A stretch of DNA of 36,345 nucleotides from Candidatus Woesearchaeota archaeon (lineage in GTDB: Archaea; Nanobdellota; Nanobdellia; Pacearchaeales; GW2011-AR1). Positions 10,186 to 18,712 of the stretch are shown here, piece by piece. Within the stretch, counting starts at the first letter, position 1, and each line of letters opens with the position of its first letter. The position numbers and the translations under genes are program-made. Under the pieces are notes generated by a model, which worked only from the letters and a program-made list of their open reading frames with translations, did no database searches and was not told the DNA's origin. The stretch is taken from NCBI GenBank assembly GCA_964395405.1, contig CAYNAV010000004.1, forward strand, positions 1-36,345, in the 5' to 3' direction.

Positions 10186-11214
10186 TTAACTTAAAACTTT
10201 TCCCTCAAGAATCTGTGTTCTAAGGTTGTCTATTTCTTGTTTTATTTTGGAAGCTCTGTTTTTAAGAAGCGCTTCTAATTCTTCTTGGTTAGCTTCAAAG
10301 ATTCCTGAAAGGGTTTTGAATTGCGTTACTATTTGTGAGATTTCTTTTTCATTTAATGTAAGGTGAGAGAGGAATCTTATTCCTTCAGGGGAAATCGTTT
10401 CTTCAAGAGGTTTTTCAACAATAAGTCTGGATAATGCCTCTAAATCTAAAATTCCATCCAAGGTTAGGTTTGAAAGAAGGATTTTTGTCTTTTTGAGCGA
10501 CCATCTAGAATAGTCTCTTATTATTTTGTCTTCTGTTTTTTCAACATCTTTTAAGAGTTCTTTGTATCTTAGATACATTATGTTTCCTTCTTTTCCAAGT
10601 TCTGTAAAGCTTCTTTTTATGTTCTCAGATATTTTTAATATTAGTTCTGCTCTTTGAATTACCTTACATGCATCAGAGACAGAAACAAGTTCGGACATTT
10701 CGAGGATATTAAGATTACTAATTAGTTCATCAAAAATTTCTCTTTGTTTCTCCAGAACTTGAAGATTTGAGGAAACATCTCTTAACAATTCTTCTGAAGC
10801 TCTAAGGTAATATCTTGTTTTTCCAATATAGATTGTTGTCTTGTTTCTTCTTTCTGATACTGCTATTACAAATGTGTTTGCTTGTTTTGCAGTTCTTTCA
10901 CCAGCCTTATGACGGGTTCCAGTCTCATTTGAAGTTATTGTATTGTCTGGAGCTAAGAGGACATTTGCATATAAAATCCTCTTTAAATCTGAAGAAACGA
11001 TGATTGCTCCATCCATTTTGCATAATTCAAAGAGTCTTTGGGGTGTAAATCTACAATTTACCCTAAATCCGCCATCAATTATCTTCTGAACTTCTGGATT
11101 ATCAAAGACAATTAAAGCCCCTAATCCAGAACCTAGCAAATCATTTATCACTGTTCTTAATGGGGTTCCGGGAGATACTTTTTTTAGGTAATCTAGCAGT
11201 ATTTTTTCTTCCAT
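10186..11214 (-). CDS. disA: DNA integrity scanning protein DisA / diadenylate cyclase
   Basis: PGTPLR N-terminus, FTPQRLFELCKMDGAII (catalytic DGA), ETGTRHKAGER (RHR-like), VSERR, a helical linker and an HhH-like C-terminus (IVTQFKTLSGIFEANQEEL). Confidence 0.93.
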   Translation of the reverse strand: MEEKILLDYLKKVSPGTPLRTVINDLLGSGLGALIVFDNPEVQKIIDGGFRVNCRFTPQRLFELCKMDGAIIVSSDLKRILYANVLLAPDNTITSNETGTRHKAGERTAKQANTFVIAVSERRNKTTIYIGKTRYYLRASEELLRDVSSNLQVLEKQREIFDELISNLNILEMSELVSVSDACKVIQRAELILKISENIKRSFTELGKEGNIMYLRYKELLKDVEKTEDKIIRDYSRWSLKKTKILLSNLTLDGILDLEALSRLIVEKPLEETISPEGIRFLSHLTLNEKEISQIVTQFKTLSGIFEANQEELEALLKNRASKIKQEIDNLRTQILEGKVLS

Positions 11215-11459
11215 TGTTTGAAAATGTGGATGAAGTATTTATATGTTTTTGCTTATTTGATTGTTATTTTAAAGGGGTGGTGGGTTTTTTGCTTGTTTTC
11301 GGGTTTTTGTTGGTATTTGCTCAAGACTGTGAGCTTTGTTAGGCATTATATTCTTAATATTTAATTTATTGGTTAGGTTTTTTATTTAAAATATCCCGAC
11401 CCCTCATTTTTAATAGAACTTCCTCAATAAAAATATAAAAACCCTGTTAAACTAGGTTT

Positions 11460-13154
11460 ATGATGGATTATTCGATAACTTGCGAGGTTTACAATGAGCT
11501 TGAGTCAACTACCAAGGGGCTTGAGAAAACAGAAATACTTGCTAAATTTCTTGATAAGATTAAGGGAAGCTCGGAGGTAATATATTTATTGAAGGGGCGA
11601 GTTTTTCCTGATTATGACGAGAGAGAATTGGGGTTGTCTGAGCAACTTGTGATAAAAGCAATTTCAAAAGCAACGGGGGACAGGGAGGAAGAGGTTGTAA
11701 AAGAATTTAAAAAAATAGGCGATTTGGGGAAGGTTGCCGAAACTTTGATTAGCAGTAAGAAACAGTTCTCTTTGTTTTCAGGAAAGTTGAATAATGAAAA
11801 GGTTATTTTAAACTTGCAGAAACTTCCAGGTTTGGAGGGGAAAGGAAGTATTGATAAGAAAATTGGTTTAATTGTTGAATTGTTGCATTCTGCAAAGCCA
11901 ATTGAGGCGAGGTATATTATCCGAACAGTTTTAGGAGATTTAAAGGTTGGTGTTGGGGATGGGTTGTTAAGAGATGCGATTGTTGAATTTTGTTTTAAGC
12001 CTAAGGATATTGCAGAGAAAAAGGAATACGGGGAAAAGGTTCAACAGGCTTATGATAAACTGACTGATTTTGCAGAGGTTTTTGAAAAAGCTTGTGAAAA
12101 TAAACTAGATAAGATTTCTTTGTCTCCAGGGAGAGCCGTTAAGGTTATGCTCTTTCCGAAAGCTGAAAATATTGAAGATGCATTTAGAATTGTTGGGAAA
12201 CCGGCGGCTTTTGAATTTAAATATGATGGGTTTAGAATGATGCTTAATAAGGATGAAAATAATGAGATTAAAATTTTTACTAGAAGATTAGACAATGTTA
12301 CAAATCAGTTTCCTGATGCTGTTAAATATGTAAGGGAAAATGTTAAGGCGGAGACTTTTATTATTGATGCTGAAGCTGTTGGATACGATCCTAAGACAAA
12401 AGAGTACAAACCATTTCAGGCAATGTCACAGAGGATTAAAAGGAAGTATGATATTGAGAAGCTTGAAAAAGAGCTTCCAATTGAACTAAATGCTTTTGAT
12501 ATTATTTATTATGATGGAGAAAGCTTGATTAATAAGCCGTTTAAGGATAGAAGAAAGATTCTTGAGAAAATTATTCATGAAAAGAAACTTAAGATTAGAT
12601 TGGCTGAACAAATTATTACTGATGACGATAAAGTAGCTGAAAAGTTTTATGAAAAAGCACTGGAAGAAAGACAGGAAGGTTTGATGGTTAAGAATCTTGA
12701 TGCTCCTTATAAGCCTGGTGCGAGGATTGGGTATGCTGTTAAGTTAAAACCTGAAGCAAATGATTTTGATTTGGTTATTACTGGTGCTGAATATGGGACT
12801 GGAAAAAGGGCTGGATGGATGACTAGTTTTGATGTTTCTTGTAGGGATGAGGAAACAGGGGAATTATTAGATGTTGGAAAAGTTTCTACTGGGTTAAAGG
12901 AAAAAGAAGAGCAAGGATTAAGTTTTATTGAGCTAACTGATATTTTAAAGAAGATTATTGTAAAAGAAGAAGGAAGACATGTTTATGTTAGGCCTGAAGT
13001 TGTTGTAATTGTTGGATATCAGAATATTCAGAAGTCTCCTTCATATTCTTCTGGTTTTGCGATGAGGTTTCCAAGAATAAGGGCATTGAGACCTGATAGA
13101 GGCAAGGATGATGTTGCGACATTGAGGGATGTTGAGAAAGAAGTTGTGAAGTGA
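11460..13154 (+). CDS. lig: ATP-dependent DNA ligase (archaeal type)
   Basis: Adenylation motif EFKYDGFR, IIDAEAV, AFDIIYYDG, EGLMVK, YKPGAR, DLVITGAEYGTGKR and MRFPRI. Confidence 0.97.
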   Translation: MMDYSITCEVYNELESTTKGLEKTEILAKFLDKIKGSSEVIYLLKGRVFPDYDERELGLSEQLVIKAISKATGDREEEVVKEFKKIGDLGKVAETLISSKKQFSLFSGKLNNEKVILNLQKLPGLEGKGSIDKKIGLIVELLHSAKPIEARYIIRTVLGDLKVGVGDGLLRDAIVEFCFKPKDIAEKKEYGEKVQQAYDKLTDFAEVFEKACENKLDKISLSPGRAVKVMLFPKAENIEDAFRIVGKPAAFEFKYDGFRMMLNKDENNEIKIFTRRLDNVTNQFPDAVKYVRENVKAETFIIDAEAVGYDPKTKEYKPFQAMSQRIKRKYDIEKLEKELPIELNAFDIIYYDGESLINKPFKDRRKILEKIIHEKKLKIRLAEQIITDDDKVAEKFYEKALEERQEGLMVKNLDAPYKPGARIGYAVKLKPEANDFDLVITGAEYGTGKRAGWMTSFDVSCRDEETGELLDVGKVSTGLKEKEEQGLSFIELTDILKKIIVKEEGRHVYVRPEVVVIVGYQNIQKSPSYSSGFAMRFPRIRALRPDRGKDDVATLRDVEKEVVK

Positions 13155-13160
13155 GTGATT

Positions 13161-13505
13161 TTATTGTTTGTCCTGGAAACTTAGGTAAGTATTAAAAATT
13201 GCAGCACATCCGCCGATAAGAGTACCTATTCCCATCCCTATTAGTGTTTGTGTTGTTCTTGTTAATGTTTCGGGATTTTCTGAATAGTTATATCCTATTG
13301 CTGTTCCAAAGCCAGCTCCTAGAATAGTTAAAATTCCACCTGCGTAAACATTACCCCATTTATTAAAATGTTTGTCAACTTTGGTTATCCACGATTCTCT
13401 TGTTGTCTCTTTTAATATTTTATCAGCTTCTTCATGGGTTACAAAATCTAATCCAGAAATCTCATGTCCAAGCCTACCTATGTTAGGATTCATTTTTATT
13501 TTCAT
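13161..13505 (-). CDS. Hypothetical two-TM Gly-rich membrane protein
   Basis: 114-aa ORF with two glycine-rich hydrophobic helices; TATA-like element about 25 nt upstream. Confidence 0.7.
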   Translation of the reverse strand: MKIKMNPNIGRLGHEISGLDFVTHEEADKILKETTRESWITKVDKHFNKWGNVYAGGILTILGAGFGTAIGYNYSENPETLTRTTQTLIGMGIGTLIGGCAAIFNTYLSFQDKQ

Positions 13506-13601
13506 AAATTTTAATTGTCATTGATATTATTAAATATTTGTGTTGTGAAGGTGATTTGAATAGGGAATATAAATCTTTAAAAAGCAAGTATTTTCTTTTA
13601 T

Positions 13602-14132
13602 ATGATGGGAAAGGGAAATATGTTGGGCTATAGGGAAGTTGAAGTTGGTGGAAATCCGAGATTTATTGGAAGATTTAATTGGCCTGATAAATCATTGAGA
13701 GCTTATGTTCATGAAAGTGGATTAGAATATTTTGGGCGGGGAACAGTTGCAGGAGCTATTCAAAATGCAAGACAGCATTTAATTGATGTTGTTAAGAATC
13801 CAAGAACATTAGATATGATGGCATTTCGGGGACAGCAAGGTAATCAGCATATGATTGCTGCTATTTGGAATGATAATAAGGAGCCCATGATTGATTTCTT
13901 TAAGTTTTGTAATGGTAATAAATGGCCGGGAAATCCTGAAATGTATGGTTATGCTTTTAGGAATGGTGTTTATCTACCCAAAGCTCCCGCAACTTGTGGA
14001 GATGGATTGATTATTTTAGGTGCGGAAGAGCAGGATAGAAGAAGAGCTCCAAGTTTAAGAGATTATTTGGGATGCCCTCCTGTAGTAAAAGGCATTAAAC
14101 TTAGAGTTGACGAAGTAATTACTGATATCTAA
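13602..14132 (+). CDS. Hypothetical protein
   Basis: 176-aa ORF with TTTAAAAA about 20-25 nt upstream; no family recognised. Confidence 0.7.
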   Translation: MMGKGNMLGYREVEVGGNPRFIGRFNWPDKSLRAYVHESGLEYFGRGTVAGAIQNARQHLIDVVKNPRTLDMMAFRGQQGNQHMIAAIWNDNKEPMIDFFKFCNGNKWPGNPEMYGYAFRNGVYLPKAPATCGDGLIILGAEEQDRRRAPSLRDYLGCPPVVKGIKLRVDEVITDI

Positions 14133-14159
14133 TTGATGTTTAAACATTGAGAAGGCAAA

Positions 14160-14188
14160 CCTTTATAAACCAATTTCCTTTATAAAGG
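14160..14188 (+). promoter_or_regulatory. tbp promoter with duplicated TATA element
   Basis: CCTTTATAAA at 14160-14169 and again at 14177-14186; the second copy lies within the perfect palindrome CCTTTATAAAGG (14177-14188). Confidence 0.7.
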
Positions 14189-14190
14189 GT

Positions 14191-14769
14191 ATGGCTAAAG
14201 ATTCTTTAAAGGTTCAGAATATTGTTGCTACTACTTCTCTTGGCAAAGATGTTTCTCTTACTAAATTAGCGAGGACACAGCCAAATACAGAATATAATCC
14301 CGATACTTTTCCTGGATTAGTGTTGAGAGTTAAAAAACCTAAATCGGCTGTTCTTGTTTTTTCATCTGGAAATTTAGTATGTACTGGAACAAAGTCAATT
14401 GCTCAAGTTAAAGAGGTTGTTCAGCAGGTTATAAAACAATTAAGAAAAATTAATGTTAATGTTACTGATAAGCCAAAGATAACTGTTCAGAATATTGTTG
14501 CTTCTGGTTCAATTGATTTGGATTTGAATTTGAATTTGCTTTCATTGGAATTAGAAAATACTGAATATGAGCCCGAACAATTTCCTGGTTTGGTATATAA
14601 GTTGGATGATCCAACTGCAACTTTCTTATTATTCAGTAATGGGAAATTGGTATGTACTGGAACAAAAAACAAACAACAGTTAGATGAGAGTATGGAACAG
14701 TTGAATAAGAATGTAAGAGCTGCTTTGAAAAGGATTAAGGCTGGAAGCGGTAGTAGGGATTTAGAATAA
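14191..14769 (+). CDS. tbp: TATA-box-binding protein
   Basis: Two TBP repeats: VQNIVA...EYNPDTFPGLVLR...LVFSSGNLVCTG and VQNIVAS...EYEPEQFPGLVY...LLFSNGKLVCTG. Confidence 0.98.
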   Translation: MAKDSLKVQNIVATTSLGKDVSLTKLARTQPNTEYNPDTFPGLVLRVKKPKSAVLVFSSGNLVCTGTKSIAQVKEVVQQVIKQLRKINVNVTDKPKITVQNIVASGSIDLDLNLNLLSLELENTEYEPEQFPGLVYKLDDPTATFLLFSNGKLVCTGTKNKQQLDESMEQLNKNVRAALKRIKAGSGSRDLE

Positions 14770-14779
14770 TTCTGATTAA

Positions 14780-14935
14780 CTATTCTTTTTGGCATAAATC
14801 TATTATCTTGCCTTCAGGGGTTCTTATCTTGAATGAATTTAGGGTTCGGATGATGTAGTGTTCATTTGTGGGACATTGTTCAGAAGGAGTCCATGAGATG
14901 TCAATAACTTCTGCTGATTTACTACTGTAGCTCAT
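14780..14935 (-). CDS. Small hypothetical protein, 51 aa (not in ORF track)
   Basis: Hand translation MSYSSKSAEVIDISWTPSEQCPTNEHYIIRTLNSFKIRTPEGKIIDLCQKE; BRE/TATA-like CAAAAATATTTAAA about 23 nt upstream; fills the gap convergent with tbp. Confidence 0.6.
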   Translation of the reverse strand: MSYSSKSAEVIDISWTPSEQCPTNEHYIIRTLNSFKIRTPEGKIIDLCQKE

Positions 14936-15039
14936 AGGTTTGTAAGCTTATTTTACTTTAAATATTTTTGTGTTGTGTTCAAACTATCTATATTATATAG
15001 AATACAAATTGTTAAAAAGAGATTTTTTGTCATTTTATT

Positions 15040-15330
15040 ATGGATAAAGACAGTGCGAAGCAAAGAAAGTTGGACCTTGATAATCTAAGTGGGCTTTTGA
15101 ATTCTCAGGAAAATAAGAATCGTGGAGGGTGGTGGCAAGGGGTTTTACATACTAATGGTAGTATGCAAATTGTTGCGGCCGCAACTTCTGGAGAATTCGC
15201 TTATAGAGTTATAACCCAGGATTATGGGCGAGATATTCAAGGAGGGGCTTCTGTTTCTGTTGCTAGGTTAGGTGCTAGTGGAAATTTGGAAGTTTATGCC
15301 TTACGTGGGGAATTGATTTCTAAAAATTAA
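15040..15330 (+). CDS. Hypothetical protein
   Basis: 96-aa ORF with TTAAAAA about 22-28 nt upstream. Confidence 0.65.
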   Translation: MDKDSAKQRKLDLDNLSGLLNSQENKNRGGWWQGVLHTNGSMQIVAAATSGEFAYRVITQDYGRDIQGGASVSVARLGASGNLEVYALRGELISKN

Positions 15331-15396
15331 CCAAAACCCTTAAATACTATTAATTTTTTAGAAAATAAAGCGAGTTTTTGCTCGTTATAACTTAAG

Positions 15397-15831
15397 ATGG
15401 CAATAGAAAAAGGAAATAAAGTAAAGATGGAATATACTGGGACTTTAGATGGCGGTATGGTTTTTGATTCTACTACTCATGGAGATCATTCACATCCATT
15501 TGAATTTACTGCTGGAATTGGGCAGGTTATACCTGGTTTTGATAATGCGGTCTTAGGGATGGAATTGAATCAGGAGAAGGAATTTAGAATTGATGCAAAA
15601 GATGCTTATGGAGAAAAGAATCCTGATGCTGTTCAGAAAATTCCAAGAGATAAACTTCCATTAGATGCGGATATTCAAACTGGAATGATGCTTGGAGTTC
15701 AAACACCTGATGGAAGGCAGATGCCAGTTAAAATTGCTGATATCAATGATAAGGAGATTACTATTGATATGAATCATCCTTTAGCAGGCGAAGCATTGAA
15801 TTTTAAGATTAAGATTACAGGAATTGAATAA
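15397..15831 (+). CDS. slyD: FKBP-type peptidyl-prolyl isomerase (SlyD-like with IF domain)
   Basis: YTGTLDGGMVFDST, FTAGIGQVIPGFDNAVLGM, DAYGE and IDMNHPLAGEALNF. Confidence 0.95.
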   Translation: MAIEKGNKVKMEYTGTLDGGMVFDSTTHGDHSHPFEFTAGIGQVIPGFDNAVLGMELNQEKEFRIDAKDAYGEKNPDAVQKIPRDKLPLDADIQTGMMLGVQTPDGRQMPVKIADINDKEITIDMNHPLAGEALNFKIKITGIE

Positions 15832-15860
15832 AATTATAAAGTCTCTTTCTATTAAAGATT

Positions 15861-16256
15861 ATGAATAAACCTGTTAAATTTCGCGAGTATAAAACTTCAT
15901 CGGGGAAACTGGTTTTAGGTGGAAAAAGTGCAGAGAGTAATGAAGAATTAGTTGAACAAGTTGGTGAAAATGAAATTGTTTTGCATACTTCTTTGCCAGG
16001 AAGTCCTTTTGTAAATATTAAATCTGCTTCTGGAGAGGTTGGTAAAGAAGATATAAGGGAAGCAGGTATCTTTTGTGCTCGTTATAGTCAGGATTGGAGA
16101 GATAACAAAAAAAATGTTCTGGTTCATGTTTTCTTAGGAAAAGATATTTTCAAAGATAAGAAAATGAAAGCTGGGACTTTTGGTGTTAAGAAGTTTAAGG
16201 AAATTGTTGTTAAGAAGATTGAGATTGGGAGTTTTAAGTTAAATAGTGAGGATTAA
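15861..16256 (+). CDS. Stand-alone NFACT RNA-binding (DUF814) domain protein
   Basis: FREYKTSSGKLVLGGKSAESNEELV, LHTSLPGSPFVNIK, EAGIFCARYSQDW and KAGTF. Confidence 0.85.
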   Translation: MNKPVKFREYKTSSGKLVLGGKSAESNEELVEQVGENEIVLHTSLPGSPFVNIKSASGEVGKEDIREAGIFCARYSQDWRDNKKNVLVHVFLGKDIFKDKKMKAGTFGVKKFKEIVVKKIEIGSFKLNSED

Positions 16257-16298
16257 ATACCTTTAAAAGATAAGATAAAATATGGATAATAAGAAAAC

Positions 16299-16547
16299 AT
16301 GGTAAAAAAGATAAAAACATTGCAAATTGGGAAAAACGGGCTTACACCTGCGATAGTTGAACAAGTTAAGGGAATGATGGTGGATGTTCAGATAATGAAG
16401 ATTTCAATCTTAAAATCTGCATGCAAGAATAAGGAAGAGGCAATTCTAATTGCTGATTCTCTTATAAATTCTCTTGGAAAGAATTTTACTTACAAATTAA
16501 TTGGGCATACTATTAATTTGAGAAAGTGGCGAAAGGATATGCGGTAA
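16299..16547 (+). CDS. YhbY/CRM-domain RNA-binding protein
   Basis: LQIGKNGLT, MKISILKS and IGHTINL; conserved position upstream of rps19e. Confidence 0.88.
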   Translation: MVKKIKTLQIGKNGLTPAIVEQVKGMMVDVQIMKISILKSACKNKEEAILIADSLINSLGKNFTYKLIGHTINLRKWRKDMR

Positions 16548-16825
16548 CTATCTTGTGATGGGGATTTGGTAATTTTAGATATACTTTTTAATAGGTTTAG
16601 TAATATGCAAACAATTTTTGGCGAGATTAATATAAAGTCTTGTAGACTAAGGCAGATAATTACCCCTGTTTAGATAATTACTACTAAAATGTTGGAGGAT
16701 TATTATACTAAATTTCCCGTTAAAGTAATTACCATTAGATTTATAAAGCTAAATTTTCATAAAGTAGAAGGTTGAAATGATGCTTGCATCTATTTATCTC
16801 TGAAAAGAGAGCCTGATTAAATTCA

Positions 16826-17317
16826 ATGACAAAGGAAATATATAATAAGGATCCTCAGGAATTTGTTAAGAAGTTAGCAGATGCTTTAATGAAGATGCCT
16901 GAATTTAAGGCTCCTGAATGGTCTATGTATGTTAAGTCAGGTGTTTCAAAGCAAAGACCTCCCGCAGATGATAATTTTTGGTATATTAGAGCGGCGGCAA
17001 TATTAAGGCAGTTGTACATCAAAGGCGTTGTGGGTGTTAATAGGTTAAAAACAAGATTTGGTTCTAAAAAAGACAGAGGAGTAAGACCTGATAAATTCAA
17101 GAAAGCTTCTGGAAAAATTATAAGAGTAATATTACAACAGGCAGAGAAAGCAGGATTTGTTGAAAAGTTGAGTAGAATACAGTATGGAAGAAGATTGACT
17201 CAGAAGGGAAGAGACTTTTTAGATAAGATTGAAGTTCCTACAAGAAAGTCTGTTGAAGTTAGTTTTGATGCTGCAAGAGAGCCTGTAAAGGAGGAAGAAT
17301 ATGACGAGCAAGTTTGA
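16826..17317 (+). CDS. rps19e: 30S ribosomal protein eS19
   Basis: APEWSMYVKSGVSKQRPP, FWYIRAAAILRQLY, ASGKIIRVILQQAEKAG and GRRLTQKGRDFLD. Confidence 0.97.
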   Translation: MTKEIYNKDPQEFVKKLADALMKMPEFKAPEWSMYVKSGVSKQRPPADDNFWYIRAAAILRQLYIKGVVGVNRLKTRFGSKKDRGVRPDKFKKASGKIIRVILQQAEKAGFVEKLSRIQYGRRLTQKGRDFLDKIEVPTRKSVEVSFDAAREPVKEEEYDEQV

Positions 17318-17510
17318 TAAGAAAAGTAAGAAGAGACATTTGGATAAGGCAGGAAAGCAGACCAAGTGGGCCCCATTCTGGACAGTATTAAGAAAATTTG
17401 GAAAAGGCAAGAGAGTTCATCCATCTGCAATTACTCATGTTAAAAGAAGCTGGAGAACAAGAAAATTAAAAATTAAACCAAGAAGGATCAAGAAGGACTT
17501 CTTAGGATAA
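17301..17510 (+). CDS. rpl39e: 50S ribosomal protein eL39
   Basis: KKRHLDKAGKQTKWAPFW...KRSWRTRKLK; lies between rps19e and rpl31e. Confidence 0.88.
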   Translation: MTSKFDKKSKKRHLDKAGKQTKWAPFWTVLRKFGKGKRVHPSAITHVKRSWRTRKLKIKPRRIKKDFLG

Positions 17511-17569
17511 GGATAAAATCACTCTTTTCTTTTTAGAAAAAAGAAAATTGGTGTTTTAAAAGAAAAAAC

Positions 17570-18388
17570 ATGGAAAAACAAAAAAACAAAACGGAAACGG
17601 AAAAAACAGAAGTTGGTAAACCAAAAAAACTTGAAGATTTTAAGACAATGGGCGAGGGCGCTAAAACTCCAGAAGAAGTAAAAGAAAAGATTGAAAAGGA
17701 GACTGAAGCAAAAGCTAAGCCTGTTGAAAAACAGAAACCAGTTAAGGAGAAGGAAACAAAAACAAAAACTCCTAAAGCTACGGCTACTAAAATAACTGAG
17801 AAGAAAGGCGATAAAATTATTATTTTAGAACGGGAATATGTTATACCATTAAGAAGATACATCCTTACTGTTCCAAGATATAGAAGGGCTAAAAAAGCAA
17901 TTATGATTATTAGACAGTTTCTTGCCAAACATATGAAAACGGAAGATAGAAATGTAAGGAAAATTAAGATTGACAAATATTTGAATAGTGAAATATGGTT
18001 TAGAGGAATTAAAAACCCCCCTTCAAAAATCAAAGTTATTGCTAAGAAAGATTCTGAAGGTTTGGTGTGGGTAGAACTTGCTGAAATTCCAGATAAGGTA
18101 AAGTTTGATATGGAAAAGGACAAGAAAAGATTAGGGAAGCTTGATAAGAAAGCATTAAAACAGATTGCGGATAGGCAAGCTAAAGAAAAAGCGGAAGCTG
18201 AAGAGCAGGAAAAAGCTGAGGAAGGAGAAGACACTAAAGAAGAGAAGGAAAAAGAAAAAGCAGTTGCTGAACTTGGAGCAGAAGCGCAAGAAAAAGAAGC
18301 AAAAGAAATGAAACATACTACTGATTCTAAGAGAGAGAATAGAACTAAAGGCAAAGAAGAAATGCAGAGAAAGGCTTTGCAGAAGTAA
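17570..18388 (+). CDS. rpl31e: 50S ribosomal protein eL31 with long charged extensions
   Basis: Core EREYVIPLRR...PRYRRAKKAIMIIRQFLAKHMK...IDKYLNSEIWFRGIKNPPSKIKV, flanked by K/E/T-rich segments. Confidence 0.93.
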   Translation: MEKQKNKTETEKTEVGKPKKLEDFKTMGEGAKTPEEVKEKIEKETEAKAKPVEKQKPVKEKETKTKTPKATATKITEKKGDKIIILEREYVIPLRRYILTVPRYRRAKKAIMIIRQFLAKHMKTEDRNVRKIKIDKYLNSEIWFRGIKNPPSKIKVIAKKDSEGLVWVELAEIPDKVKFDMEKDKKRLGKLDKKALKQIADRQAKEKAEAEEQEKAEEGEDTKEEKEKEKAVAELGAEAQEKEAKEMKHTTDSKRENRTKGKEEMQRKALQK

Positions 18389-18389
18389 A

Positions 18390-18674
18390 ATGGTTTCTTT
18401 TAATGATTTTCATAGGAATTATTCTAATTCTTTAGTTGTCCCCTCCCAGTTTAGTAATAGAACTTTTTCTAAAGCTATAGAAAGATGTATCTCTTCTATT
18501 TATAGTCAAATTCGTGAGAATTATCAATGTGAACCTCAGGCAGTAAAGAATGGGAATGTCTTTGGATTTAATGTTAATGGAAGAGAAGCAGGAAGAGTAA
18601 GAGTTTCTGGAAGAAGAATAAGCTGGAGAACTTATATGCCTGGCAAACAGCCAGAGTTGCCTGTTTTTGCATAA
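18390..18674 (+). CDS. Hypothetical protein
   Basis: 94-aa ORF starting 1 nt after the rpl31e stop. Confidence 0.6.
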   Translation: MVSFNDFHRNYSNSLVVPSQFSNRTFSKAIERCISSIYSQIRENYQCEPQAVKNGNVFGFNVNGREAGRVRVSGRRISWRTYMPGKQPELPVFA

Positions 18675-18712
18675 AAGGATAGTTTTATATTTCTTATTTA
18701 TATTTTATTTTT

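Noticed and set aside
11160-11342. 60-aa plus-strand hydrophobic ORF overlapping the disA start
   Set aside because: It overlaps disA antisense and its promoter region; the composition reflects T/G strand skew, and there are no initiation signals.
16548-16740. Short TAATTAC repeats as a possible CRISPR or iteron array
   Set aside because: Only about three 7-9 bp AT-rich matches with irregular spacing; no cas genes.
17533-18354. 273-aa minus-strand ORF
   Set aside because: Antisense shadow of rpl31e; its S/F/L-rich composition mirrors the K/E codons on the plus strand.
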